From NCBI RefSeq assembly GCF_009914755.1, contig NC_060933.1: DNA of 64,000 nt. The stretch is one strand, 5' to 3'. This DNA is from the human T2T-CHM13v2.0 reference genome, Homo sapiens. Each line of letters begins with the position of its first letter. Within the stretch, counting starts at the first letter, position 1. The notes beneath the pieces were generated by a model. That model did no database searches. It was not told where the DNA came from and saw only the letters and a list, made by a program, of their open reading frames with translations. The translations under genes were made by a program, and so were the position numbers. This document shows positions 40,012 through 53,798 of this stretch, in pieces.

Positions 40012-42384
40012 GTGAGTGGGGCTGGGCCCGGCACTGCACCCTCCCTCCTCCCGCGTCCCTCAGTGGAGGCCTGGCAGGTCGTGGCCCACGAAGGGTGGCA
40101 GGCACAGCTTTGGTTTCCCCTGACCCTGAATCCCCCTGCGGTCCTCCCTCTTTTCTGTATGCAAGGGAACCCTGCTGCTGAGAGGCCATTTGTGTGTGTA
40201 TGCACCTCCCTCTCCAGCAATAACCATGGCTCCCACTAGTCCACACCCACGTGCCAGGCTTCCACGAGCTGCATTTTAAAATATGCCTTCATTATGTAAG
40301 CAACACACACATGCACTTGCCACTCACAAGCGCAGGCACTGCAGCTAAAGAGAACGCTCCCCTCATCCGCTGCCGCCTCCCCCTGAGATAGCCACTTCTT
40401 GGCTCTTTGTGTCCTTCCAGACCTTTTTCCTGTATATTTCAGGAAGCTCTTGCAGGTGTTAGAAACCTTTTGTGTTTTTAAAAAGTTGTATTGAATAGTT
40501 AACAAATTTTTCAACAAATGGGAGGCATTTTTCTGGTGATTTGCCTTTTTATTGCTGCATAGTATTCCACAGGATGGGGTTTTCACCACGCACCTGAGCA
40601 GGGCAGGACTAGGTGAGGCAGTGAAGTGCCGGGTACAGGATCTCAGGGAGCACCCGTCCTCAGGGCTATGCACGCTGGGTGGAGGCACAGGTTGGCGCTT
40701 AGACTGGCGCCAACAGCAGGTCCTGTCCTTGGCTTCTGGTGAGTTCAGAGAGTGACTACTAAAATCTCCTCCTTTGCTTGCCCTATCTTGGTCCAAGCCT
40801 GTGCTGAACTGTCTCCCTATCAATCAGTGTCTAGGCTGTTCTCAACTTTTCACCAATAGAAAGAAGCTTCTGGGAAATCCTTGTCCATGTAGGAAACCAT
40901 TTTCTCATGTAGATTTCTAGGCATGAAATTGCTGCTCAGAGATGTGAGTGTTCCCTTGAGTAAATCTTGCAAAATGCCCCTCAGAAAGCCCATCTTCTGC
41001 TCCCTCCCACACATAGGACGAGAGGGTGCCCGGTTTTACTGACCCACTGGATTATTAATATTGTAAATATTTTCTGTCATTTGGGAGGAAGACATGTCAG
41101 TGTTGTTTAACTTGAATTTTCTATTTGTGGACTTGAGGATCTTTTCCTCTGCCTCTTGGCCATTTGTTCCTGTTTTCTGTTCATTCCTATGCTCGGTTTT
41201 TCCAGTAGGTGGTTTGTTTTTCTTACTGTTGGTTTCTAGGAGTTCTTCTTATATGATGGATGTTATTTCATAGTTTGTGTATATGTTACAAACATTTCCT
41301 CCTGTGCGGTAGCTTTACTTCTCACAGTGACCTGCAAAGTAAGTGTTGACGTACCCATTTCACAGATGGGGAGACTGAGGCTTGCTGGGATCACACTGCC
41401 AGCAGTCACGCAGAGTGAAGATTCAAATACCAGTCTGTCTGACTTTGAAAGCTGTGGCCGTGACAGCAGATTTCGTTGTAATGAGGTTTAGAGTGGATTT
41501 TCCTTCCTAGTAAATGGGTCGATTGGGATTTGTTCTTCATGTGGCTGAGCCCCCAGAGCATCCCAGTCTTCCAAGCAAAGGTTCCTCAAGGCTGAAGGGA
41601 GACGGAGCTCTCAGCCGGCATGGCACCCATTGTCTCCGGCAGGAAATCAGCTCCTTTTGTCCCAGACGGGGGTGGACACTCTCTCCCACTTCCCTAAAGC
41701 GCCCACTGGTGAAGCGTGGGCCCATGTAAAAGGCACCTTGGCCAGGGCTCATGGGGAAGAGCGGCTTCCGGCCAGGCAGCACTCACTGCCCCTTGCAGGG
41801 CCTTGGGGCCTTCGACCCCGCTGACCGCTGACTGTGAGAACGCCTCTCTCCAGCCTCAGGAATACAGACCCGCCTCCCCTTGCCAGAGTCCTCCACTACC
41901 TTAAGTAACAGAATGAGAATGTTCAGTCTTGTCTCTCCTTTGGCAGATAAAAGAGGGGCACAAATTCTGCAGCCAAAATCTGGCCTAGTCTAGCTATCCC
42001 AGTGAAATAGGCCAAGACAAGAGTGCTGCTTTGGACCAGAGTGCCCAGAAGAGCATAGTCCTCCCTCCACCTGGCCGACACCTGGCATCTCTGGGCCAGG
42101 GTCGGCCTCTGGGGGCCAAAGGGGCATTGGGACCCTTTGGGCTCCCAGGCCTGGCACACAATGGCCTCTCAAGCCATTGCAAGGGACACAAAGCTATAGG
42201 CGACGGCAAGGTCAGGGCGGCCGCTGCTTGGGAGCGAGAGGGAAGGAGCAAAAGTGAGTCCTAAAAAGCTCGGCCATCTGGGACCTTCAGGGATGGGGCT
42301 GTCGGGACCTTGAGCTCTGGGACCTGCTGACTGCATGAACAAACTGGGCAGAGCCTGGCAGCGGGTGGGCAAAAGGACAACTGA

Positions 42385-42848
<464 letters not shown>

Positions 42849-43634
42849 ATGGAAATGCATTTTCTATCTAAAAAAAGTTAGCATTAGGTTAGAGAAAACT
42901 TTCGTTCTCTGGAAGATTCTCTCATGCCCCAGTGATGGCATAAGACCTCTTGAGATGAGGGCTGCCATCTTTTCTGTGAGGCCGGCCTGCAGCCTCAGAG
43001 TGTCCAGCTGCAGCACCCCATGGTCACATCCATCTTGGTCCTGGATGACCACCTTCCAGTTGTAGCTACAGCTCCCAGCTGTAGCACGGGGTGATGCTGA
43101 GCACAGGGAGAATGCAGCCTTGGCTGCTTTGAAGCTGAAAGGAAGCCACAACGCAGGGCAGCTGAAGGTCCTGCTCGGCCCACCACGTAGGGGACCTGCC
43201 AAGTACCACCTTCTGCCACTTGCTTTTCCCTGGACAGCAAGCTCTTCAGCACAGAGGCCACGCGCTGCTCAGCTTGGTGGCTTTGCCACACCCTGTCCAC
43301 GGGAGGCTCGCCTTAAAGGCCTGTTGACTGAGTGAAGATGAACCTGTCAGGCTTCAGGGGCTCAGGAGAGGATGAAGGACTCGGAAAGAAAGTCGCTCCT
43401 GAGTGGGACTAGGGGCTGCTTCTTTGGGAGCTGGGGGCTGTTGCGGCCCCCTCGCTCTTCCCCGTGAGGTTTCTGATGGTGGCTCTAACCTGGCCGGGGA
43501 GAAAGACCTAGAAAATGCAAGTGTTCCAGGGAAGCAAACTGCCCAGGGTGGCTGCTCCCTACCGGGTCCTGGCCATGGACGGGAGGGTCCCCTCGGGGGT
43601 CAGGCCCTGACACTGCAGCCCCCCGACCCCACAG

Positions 43635-43778
43635 GCACTGCCTCCCTCCGGGATCCACATCTTCGCCTCTCAGCTCCACACACACCTGACTGGGAGAAAG
43701 GTGGTCACAGTGCTGGTCCGGGACGGCCGGGAGTGGGAGATCGTGAACCAGGACAATCACTACAGCCCTCACTTCCAG
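43635..43778 (+). CDS. DBH: DBH exon 7 (CuM ligands H412/H414)
   Basis: ALPPSGIHIFASQLHTHLTG...YSPHFQ; 144 nt. Confidence 0.98.
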
Positions 43779-44246
43779 GTAGGAACCTGCACCCCACCCC
43801 TGCCCCGCCCCCACACCCTGCCACCACACGACCTCCTGGGTCTACTGTTTCCTGACACCATAGGGATGGCTCCAGGCTGGCTTCTTTTTCCTGGGCCAGC
43901 CCCACCCGCCCCCCACCCATGTGGCCTGTGCTCCCCACTTGGGTGTCTGGTGTCTGATCGTAGGGAGGCCTCTGGCACATGGCAGATGGTGGTGGGATTC
44001 GGGAGACCCAGGCGGCCCTCTGGGAACATCAATCTTGGTCTTGGATAACCACCTTCTGGTTTGAATCTAATGCCCTCCCTGGCCAGAAGCCACACTTAGC
44101 GGGCTCTGGCTTCCACTGTAGAGGCTGGGGCAAAATGGACACCCCCAGAGGTCAGGGAGGCCTGAGGGAGGACACAGTGGCCGGGGGTCTGGTCTGCAGC
44201 TCTCTGAGGTCTCCTCTCCCCCACCCCTCGGCTCTGCCTGCCCCAG

Positions 44247-44285
44247 GAGATCCGCATGTTGAAGAAGGTCGTGTCGGTCCATCCG
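44247..44285 (+). CDS. DBH: DBH exon 8
   Basis: EIRMLKKVVSVHP; CCCCAG|...|GTGAGT; 39 nt. Confidence 0.97.
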
Positions 44286-44940
44286 GTGAGTGCCCAGCGG
44301 GAAGGCTGTCCCACTCACTGCCACCAGCTGGGGTGGCTGAGAGGGCTGGGGGTGCCACCAGAAGGAGAGGGACACAGAAAGTGATAGGGGGAGGGAGAGC
44401 CATCCAGGGCAGGGGGAGGGTGCCTGTGGGTGGCTCTGGGCTGGGCTACCTCATGGGGAGACTCACTCAGGAGTTCATGGAGAGACGTTGGAAAGAGTGG
44501 AGCAGACAGGACACTCCCAGGGGACGCGTGTCCTCAGTCTGATGGGCCGACCACAAACCCGAGAGTGTTTGGGGGAGATGAGGGCACTAAGGCAGGCAGT
44601 GGAGCCCTGATCCCACAGAGGGCCAAGCCCAGGCCTCGGTGGGGACTTGCCCAAGTCCTTTGAGATGTGTCATGGCCCACCAGCTGCACCCCCACTGGCC
44701 TGGGCCCTGGCCCTGTTGTGACCCACTGGGTCACAGGAGCTGATGGTTTATAACTTGCTCGGGAACACTCAGCCTGTGACCTTCGCACATGAATCTGCTG
44801 GGCTCCTTGTAGTGGACGACAGGGACTGTACCCCAGAGGTGCCGTGGCATGCACAGTGGCGTGGTCCTATGGGGGCGAGGCCTCCAGCACCTGCCAACGC
44901 CAGGTGGCAGGTGCTGATGGTCACATTGGCTTTTCCTCAG

Positions 44941-45000
44941 GGAGATGTGCTCATCACCTCCTGCACGTACAACACGGAAGACCGGGAGCTGGCCACAGTG
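44941..45000 (+). CDS. DBH: DBH exon 9
   Basis: GDVLITSCTYNTEDRELATV; CTCAG|...|GTAAGT; 60 nt. Confidence 0.97.
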
Positions 45001-45120
45001 GTAAGTCACCCCCGCTTCCCCCTGCACCTGCCCAGGGCGAGTGTTCAGCCTGAGCCATCTGAGGAAGGATGACAGGTCTTGACTCCTCACTTAGGGCATG
45101 GGCTCGTCCCCTCAATAAGC

Positions 45121-45300
45121 CAGTCGTTCTCAGCTCCCTGAACCACAGTGGCAGCATCACCAGGGAGCTTGGGATGAATGCAACCTCCTGGGTGCCACCC
45201 CAGGCCCACTGAGTCAGAGACACAGGCGGTGGCATCGGGCAATCCATGTTTTAACAAGCTCCCAGCGGATGTTGACCCCTGCTCAAGGTTGAGAAGCACT
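45121..45300. mobile_element. MER5A-like hAT-Charlie MITE
   Basis: TIR-like CAGTCGTTCTCA...TGAGAAGCACT with internal GTTTTAACAAGCTCCC. Confidence 0.7.
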
Positions 45301-46097
45301 CACACCAAGAAGCTTCTCAGCACCCGGGGCTGGTGTGGGGAGAAGCTGTAGGACAAGAGGTTGACCTTTGCCCCGTGGAGCTCAAGGTGCACCAGGGAGA
45401 CAGGCCTGGAGCACCTGCTGCTAACAACAAGCAAAATTACAAAACAAAACTTTAAAAACCAGGTTGAGGAGGCAGAGGTGCGGGGACCTGGGAGGGCCTT
45501 GTCAGAAATGTGGCTGTCACATGGAGCCCAGGGGAGAGGGGAGGAGGTGAAGGAAGGCTCTGTGCAGGGGCTGCGTGCGGGAAGGCCCAGAGGACCAAGA
45601 ACATTCTCAGGATGGAAAGGAGAGGAGGAGAGGGTGGAGACATGGGTGGGGGTCAGGCAGGATGAGCGTCAGCTGAGGATGCATTTTGGCTGGACTGCAG
45701 ACAGTTCAAGGAGAATCTGCACTGGAGAGATCTATTTTCAAGGCTGGGTATGCAGGCAGCACCAGGACACGGGCAGCCACGTGATGCATCACGCAGCGGG
45801 GCTGCTTCCGGGAGCCAAAGGGGATGCTGTTCACAATTACCTGGGTCCCAGGCACAAGCCAGGGCTGTCCTGGCAAATGGGCCACCTTGCCAGTGGATCC
45901 GTGCCAGCTGCTTCGGTAACCATGGTGGTCTCCAATAATTATCCTGTGAATTGTGTGGCTCAAGTGGAGCAGACCTGGGTTACAGCTACCCTGACATCCC
46001 TCAGCGCCAGGAACTCAGGTCCATGTCACAGCCCTATTCTTTGTGTTTTAATCCAATGTGGATTCACCTGATGTTTACTGAGCCCAGACTGCCACTG

Positions 46098-46395
46098 GTT
46101 TATTTTATTTTATTTTATTTTATTTTATTTTATTTTATTTTTTTTGAGACGGAGTCTCGCTCTGTCACCCAGGCTGTGTGTTCTCAGCTTGCTGCAACCT
46201 CCACCTCCCGAGTTCAACCGATTCTCCTGCCTCAGCCTCCTGAATAGCTGGGACTACAGGCACCCACCACCACGCCTGGCTAGTTTTTGTATTTTTAGTA
46301 GAGATGGATTTTGACCATGTTGGCCAGGCTGGTCTCAAACTCCTCATGTAATCCCTCATGCTGGGATTACAGGCATGAGCCATAGCACCCAGCCA
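46098..46395 (-). mobile_element. Alu (internally deleted) with (ATTTT)n tail
   Basis: Antisense Alu motifs with missing segments. Confidence 0.88.
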
Positions 46396-48535
46396 GTGTT
46401 TGTATTTTCACAGGTGAGACATAAAGGCTCAGAGAGGGCAGGCACTTGACCAAAGTCACACAGCTGATAGATGGCTGAGCCGGGATTTGACCCAGGGTCT
46501 TGTGCCTCACAGCTGTTACCCCACCCTTCCTGTCTCCCTTGGATTTCAGGTGACAAGTGTCCTAGGTTCCTGATCACAAACTCAGGGTGGGGGCAGGACA
46601 GCTTTGTCAGTCCTTTATTCTCTCTAGAGGAGGTGCTCAGTATATCACAGCAGTGGCTGATGTCGGGTGCTTGCCACAGCTCAGCACTGCTCTAATAACT
46701 CATCCTAACCACACCAAGCCTTGCTGAGACCTCTGAGCAATCCCACCAGGAGATACAGTGAGGTCCAGCCACTCAGGCCACACAGCGAACAGGAGGCAGG
46801 GCTGGTATGGGTGCAGGTGCCAACCCCGACTGTGCCGCCTCTCGGCTAAGCACCTGTGCAGTGACTGAGTGGGCTCGCAAACAGAGGGCTCTGCAGGTGG
46901 AGCACCCCAGGCAAGTCCCCACCATCAGCCCCATTCTGCAGGCGCGGCCCCGGGGCCAGGGATGGGAGGGTCTTGCCGGGCATCCAGCGAGGAGACTGCA
47001 TATTCCCTGCCCAATCTGGCTTCACGGCGGCGGAACTGACGCCACGTCCCAGGGCGTTCGGGGCTGCCAGGCCTGGTGAGCACCGCGGACATCTCAGATG
47101 GCCGTTCTGCAGGTTGAGGCCCTCGGTGCCAGCGTCCCCGTGGGCAGTTCTGTGGCTTCCCTGGCCCATGTCCTCCTCTTGGCAGTGGCCACATCACAGC
47201 ACCAGGTGGGATCAAAGGGGAGGGCAGCTCCCCAGGTGGACCTGAGCTTCTCACACTCTGACAAGCCCTCGCCTGCTGATCCAAGACACAGTGGCCTTTG
47301 AAATTCGATTTCCTTCCCCAGGTGAAAGAGGAGAACAGATTCTACACAGGGTCGGACTCAGTTCCCTTTTGATGTCTGTGGTGGCAGAGGGTGGGGAGGG
47401 ACAGGAACTCACACAGGAGGGCAATCGTCCCGATCTGACGGGGGCGGGATGGATGAGAAAAGCTGGGAAAGGAGGAATCCGGCCCAGAGAACAATGCTGG
47501 CAAAAACGCGTCCTGGCCAACAGGTGCCAGGTTTCGTCTCTGGGCAGAACTGCCCCATGCTCTTTGTCTGCACGGGAGGAGGGGGCGGCAGCTGGTGTAA
47601 GTGCCACGCCAAGCTTTGCCCAGTCCCTTTGTTCTGCCATAGAGTAAAGATTGCCTTTCTTCCCCACCAGCCAGATGAAATCCCCAGGCCCACAGCAGCT
47701 TCACAAACAGCGGGGAGCCTGGAGGGGCAAGGGTGGCCAGGGCGTCATGTCCCGGCCCCTGACCTGCTGGGATCTGAGCTGCTGCCGGGGGAGCTTTGCT
47801 CTCTCCAGCCCCAGCTCCTCCAAGCTGCTGCTGTTCTTCCTCCTATGGCTGAGGCTCCACGGTCACCAGCTCCAAGAGCAGCAACCCAGCGAGGGGCTTA
47901 AAGCTGGCAGTGGGGACTCAGAGGGTGCCTGCCCTGCCCCTCCCATGCGATGGCAGGCCGTAGGGTTGCCGTGAGAGGCTGGAGGTTGTCGCGGCCTCTA
48001 GTCACGGTCCTGTCTTATAGAGTCCCTGCTCCCCTCAGAGCCACGTTGGAGAAATGACTGGTGGACGGTGCGGGGCTGCAGTGGAAAGGGCCTCCCTTGC
48101 AGTCCTTGGCTCCAGGCTCTCGCTGGAGGTCATGGGGACAGCTTCCAGACAATGGCCGGGACGCTGGGTGCACTCAGGCTGTGCCACCGATGCTGTGGCC
48201 ACCACGGGGCATCCCCTTGCCTGCTCTGAGACTCAGTTTCTGTACCCATAAAATGGGCACAATAACACCCCATCCGCTTGTCCCGTTTCATTTTTCCTCA
48301 CAGCATCATCAGTACCTGATACGAATTTCCTGGTTGACTCACTCACTCACTGCCTGTCTCTCCTGCCAATGGTGGCAATTCCTTGAGGGCAGGGACTCGG
48401 TTCCCCAGAGCATGCCTGGCACGGTGCAGTGAACAGACGAGTGGACGCAGTGTACACGTGGGTGCGGCGAAAGCTGCTGGATGGCAGCGTCTGCGTGGCA
48501 TGGCCCGGGGCTGACGGGTCTCCTCCAACTTGCAG

Positions 48536-48663
48536 GGGGGCTTCGGGATCCTGGAGGAGATGTGTGTCAACTACGTGCACTACTACCCCCAGACGCAGCT
48601 GGAGCTCTGCAAGAGCGCTGTGGACGCCGGCTTCCTGCAGAAGTACTTCCACCTCATCAACAG
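48536..48663 (+). CDS. DBH: DBH exon 10 (CuM ligand M487)
   Basis: GGFGILEEMCVNYVHYYPQ...FHLIN; 128 nt. Confidence 0.98.
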
Positions 48664-49082
48664 GTGAGGGCTCCCTGCACAAGCTCCCTGCCCCCAGGGA
48701 ACCCCGACACAGAACCTCGGGCCTGTTAGGCGGCTGGGCAGATTGGAGGAGTCCAGGCTAAGTTCTAGGAGCAGAGACCTGTGGCGGCATCACTCACCCC
48801 TCCCCTCACTCGTTTCCTGCTGAGTCTGGATTTGGCTTCAGAGCCTCCTCAACCCAGCCTGCAGCAGCCATTACCCACCCGCCAAGGTGACAGGAGAGGT
48901 GAGGCCGTTGCCGGTGAAGGCAGCATCTGGGGTGGCCTGGCGGAGGCAGCGGGGCTGGGGAGGAGGTGGCAGGACGGTTGCCCCAGGGACAGGACTCGAG
49001 TTGCAGGGAGGTGTTGCTGGTGCCCACTGGGCTCCCTGCCCGTCAGCTGCTCCCCAGCCTGGCTGTTCCTTGTCCCCGCCAG

Positions 49083-49242
49083 GTTCAACAACGAGGATGT
49101 CTGCACCTGCCCTCAGGCGTCCGTGTCTCAGCAGTTCACCTCTGTTCCCTGGAACTCCTTCAACCGCGACGTACTGAAGGCCCTGTACAGCTTCGCGCCC
49201 ATCTCCATGCACTGCAACAAGTCCTCAGCCGTCCGCTTCCAG
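49083..49242 (+). CDS. DBH: DBH exon 11
   Basis: FNNEDVCTCPQ...SSAVRFQ; 160 nt. Confidence 0.98.
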
Positions 49243-49411
49243 GTGCGCTGCCATGGGCCCGGGTGGGGCATGCAGTCAGGCAGGCCTCATGGGGGGCCCC
49301 AGTGAGGGGTGATGGGTCTGCACTCCAAACTGCTGGCAAAAGCACTCGCACAAGACAATGAGAGCAAGTGCCAGGTGGTGACACATAGGCCTAGACAGCC
49401 AGCCAGCCAGC

Positions 49412-49516
49412 AGAGAGAGAGGAGAGAGGAGAGAGAGGAGAGAGGAGAGAGAGGAGAGAGGAGAGAGAGGAGAGAGGGAGAGGGAGAGAGGGAGAGGGAG
49501 AGAGGAGAGAGAGAGG

Positions 49517-49547
<31 letters not shown>

Positions 49548-49550
49548 GAA
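49412..49550 (+). repeat. Pure GA-rich simple repeat in DBH intron 11
   Basis: About 140 nt consisting only of G and A. Confidence 0.95.
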
Positions 49551-49899
49551 CCAATAACGAGGCAAGGAAGGGAGGGCAGGCACCCTCTCTGGTGACACCT
49601 CCACACTGTACCGAATGCCAAATGCAGGTGGTGTGAGCAGGGCGCACTAACCTGCCTAAAAATAAAGCACCAGGGGAGGGGAAGGTAAGAAACGAACCAG
49701 TCTGAAGCTGCGAGCTGGTTTTTTCCTCCTTATCTGAGACCCACTGGTATTCGAAGGCATCTAATTTATCCTGGGCCCACTGGGCTGTGGTCAGGAGGCC
49801 AGGGCCTATGCAGAGTTAGTCGCATAAGGTGCCGCAGCCTGGAGATCCAGGAAGATCCTTCCCAGAAGCATTTGGGAGCCAGATTAACTGCTAAGTCAA

Positions 49900-50260
49900 A
49901 CATCCTCAGCACCAAGGGAAGGAAGGGCTAATACTGGCTTGCTGAGAATAGTGTGGGGTGGACGTCTGATGGGGTTGAAAACTTGGCATTTGGTGTAGCC
50001 TTGAGGGGAAGAGATAGCTAAAAAATATCAGAGCCTGCAGCCAGGGGCTCTGGTTGCTACACTAGGGTGAATGATTAAATTGGGTGGGGACAGAGGCGGG
50101 GAGAGGCCTGGATGACTCCCAGGTTCCTGACTAGGTGAATGGGAAGCCAGGGGAGGGGGCATTTACTGAGGTGAGGACCCCCAAAAAGCAACTTGGGGGA
50201 GCAGAGTGAGTTCAGTTTGAGACAAGCTGAGTTTGAGGGCAAGAATCCAAGAGGTGGCTG
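49900..50260. mobile_element. L2 fragment
   Basis: L2-like GAGTTCAGTTTGAGACAAGCTGAGTTTGAGG and GATGACTCCCAGGTTCCTG. Confidence 0.6.
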
Positions 50261-50333
50261 GGAAGTGGCTGGGGAAGCAGCCACCCATCTTGCCCCTCCA
50301 GCCTCAGTTTACCTCCTGCCCCCTTCCTTGCAG

Positions 50334-50465
50334 GGTGAATGGAACCTGCAGCCCCTGCCCAAGGTCATCTCCACACTGGAAGAGCCCACCCCACAGTGCC
50401 CCACCAGCCAGGGCCGAAGCCCTGCTGGCCCCACCGTTGTCAGCATTGGTGGGGGCAAAGGCTGA
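50334..50465 (+). CDS. DBH: DBH exon 12 coding part (stop TGA)
   Basis: GEWNLQPLPK...SIGGGKG*; exon lengths sum to 1854 nt = 617 aa + stop. Confidence 0.98.
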   Translation, partial: GEWNLQPLPKVISTLEEPTPQCPTSQGRSPAGPTVVSIGGGKG

Positions 50466-51021
50466 GGGGGGACCTACTCCTCCCCCTCCTCCATGCTGTC
50501 CCTGTGGGCTCACACCGGCACTGTGCACTCTACTCTGCGACGATCCCCATGGAACAGCCCTGCACGCCCAGGATGAAGGGGCCAGACCACGCCCCTGCCT
50601 GAGACCACGGTCCAATCCAGCCTTCTTCCCCCAGGGTCCCCTGCATGGCTGAGAGGGTGTGGGTGCCCTGTTGACCTACCCTGGACCGAGTGGACCACGA
50701 CCTCGTCCATTTAAACCCGGCTGACTCAGTGCAGGGACAGCCTGCACAGTGGTCCAGGGTCCAGCCCTCCGCCAGCCCTGTTCCGCCTCACTGGGTGTGG
50801 CCTGGCTTCTGGGACAGGCACCATGCTGGGCCGGGGTGTGGAATCACCGGGAACGCCCCCGCCCCCGCCCCGCTGCTCCCGGTGTGCAGCGGGTGCGGGT
50901 GCCGCTTAAACATTTCCCTGCTGAGTGGCTCGTGTTTCACAGTGGGCGGCTTCCCTGCGACGGAGGCAGGACCAGGCATTTAGCTAGTTAGAGACTCGCC
51001 TGGGAAATTGCTCCATTCCTG

Positions 51022-51027
51022 AGTAAA
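51022..51027 (+). terminator. DBH: DBH proximal variant poly(A) signal AGTAAA
   Basis: Lies 301 nt upstream of the AATAAA, consistent with two known DBH mRNAs differing by about 300 nt of 3' UTR. Confidence 0.6.
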
Positions 51028-51322
51028 CAGATATTTTCGCCCACCTAAAGGGAAGCCCTGACAACAACTATCACCAAAAGACGAGGCGGCAAAGATCCAG
51101 CGGGGCTTCTGGGCGCCGGTTCCACGTGGGGTGGAATTATTAGCACCAGCTTGCTTCTCTGCCGGTGGGGCCAGCGCTGAACAGACCGGGGTGGAGTCAG
51201 GGCTGTGCTTTCCGCGTGGTTCTGCCACTTAGGGAGTGTGCCTTGGGCGGGCCATTTCACATTCCTGACCCTCACTTTTCTCATCTGTAAAACCAGGCTG
51301 ATGCCGTGCGGGCTAATGAGCC

Positions 51323-51328
51323 AATAAA
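51323..51328 (+). terminator. DBH: DBH distal poly(A) signal AATAAA
   Basis: First canonical AATAAA after the stop, followed by GT-rich GGTGGGTATGTTTG. Confidence 0.85.
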
Positions 51329-52652
51329 GCTCACACTTGGGCTGGCACCCACTGGAGGTGGGTATGTTTGCACTCCGGGCCGTCGCTCCAGGAGAGAGAA
51401 GCTTGCTCCTGAGCCTCCTCCCTGTGCCAGGCGTGGTACCAAGTGCTTCCCCCTGAGCGTCCTGAAGCTGCCTCAGCTGGCCTGGGTGGGTCTCCCCTTC
51501 CTGCCCTCTGAGCTGCCTCTCAGGGACAAGTTCAGCTCTTTGATGGTTTCTGGAGACAGTAACAGATGCACTTGTGTTCAGCCACTTCAGCAAAACGCTG
51601 CCCAGCCTCATGGGGAGAGAGGGAGATGGATGGGCCTCGGAGTCCCCTCGCATCAGCTAAGCGGCTGCTGCTTCTGCAAGGCACTTCACTTCATCACAGA
51701 AGGGAACTCACGAGCCCAGGAGCTCTGCCTCACGTTGTATAAATCACAGCTTCTTGTGGTCCATAAGTCACGGCGCTAGCGCTGTGAAATGCCAGGCCCC
51801 AGCCTGGAGAGCCGCTCCGGCCCTCTGTCATCTTTACAGCCTAGGTGACAGTAGACACGGAGCAGGCCCAAGAAGCCTCTTCCCGCGATCACACCCAATT
51901 GCCAGCCCAGAGAAGGGTCCCAGGGTCCTGCCCAAACACCTGGGGGGCACTTGTAGCCTGCCGATCTCGGGCAGGGAAACTGAGACTCCCAGATAAGTAC
52001 CTCACCTGGGGCCCAAGAGCGGCAGTGATTGGGAATCCTAGCCAGCTCTGGAACCTGCCACAGCGACAACCCCACCCCCACCTCACCCCCCACTCACACT
52101 CTTGCTCTCAGGCTGGTTATCCTCTTCCTCTTGCAGAGACAGCAGCCGTGTCCCCCCTACCCCGCTCCAGCAGTACCCGCACCTCCTACACCCAGATAAG
52201 CGTAACCCCGTGGTTGCTGAGAGTTGCCACTTGCCCCACACTGAGGCTATGCACAGCCGTGGCAATCTCGTGAAGCCATGTAGTTTCTGTTTCCATTGAT
52301 GGAGGAGGAAACTGAGGCTCAGAGACCTAAAGTTAGGTGCCAAGGTCACCCAGAGTAAGCCGGGGAGCTCGAAGTGTCCCCAGGTCTGACTCCAGTGTCT
52401 GAATGCTCAACCTCTGCTTACTTAGGAAACAGGAATTTCCCCAGGACCCTTGTGGGGGATTTTATCTAAAATAAGTTCCTTATTTAGAGGCTTAGGGGAA
52501 GTGCTTTGTTACCTGAAAATGACCTACATGCCCCAAGCCAAAGGGACTCTGGGCTCGCCCACCTTCCGAATGATTGGGGTGTGAGTCCAGCAGCCCAGGT
52601 TGCTATTCCTGCCCCTGCTGTGTGACCCTGAGTTAGTTACTTTCCTTCCCTA

Positions 52653-53390
<738 letters not shown>

Positions 53391-53495
53391 ATGGAACCTT
53401 TCTGCGTCCCATTCATACCCCCAACTTTTCACATGGCCCAAGGCTGTCTCACTGCACACTGTGGTATAGCGCTCTGCCGGTGACGATGTAGGCAC

Positions 53496-53798
<303 letters not shown>

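Larger units (their letters stand above)
46599..49400 (-). ncRNA. DBH-AS1: DBH antisense RNA 1 (ends approximate, exon structure not resolved)
   Basis: Known antisense lncRNA overlapping DBH exons 10-11. A minus-strand AATAAA (TTTATT at 46614-46619) sits where the recalled 3' end lies. Confidence 0.6.

Noticed and set aside
49276-49647. RE-rich and SL-rich ORFs
   Set aside because: Translations of the GA simple repeat.
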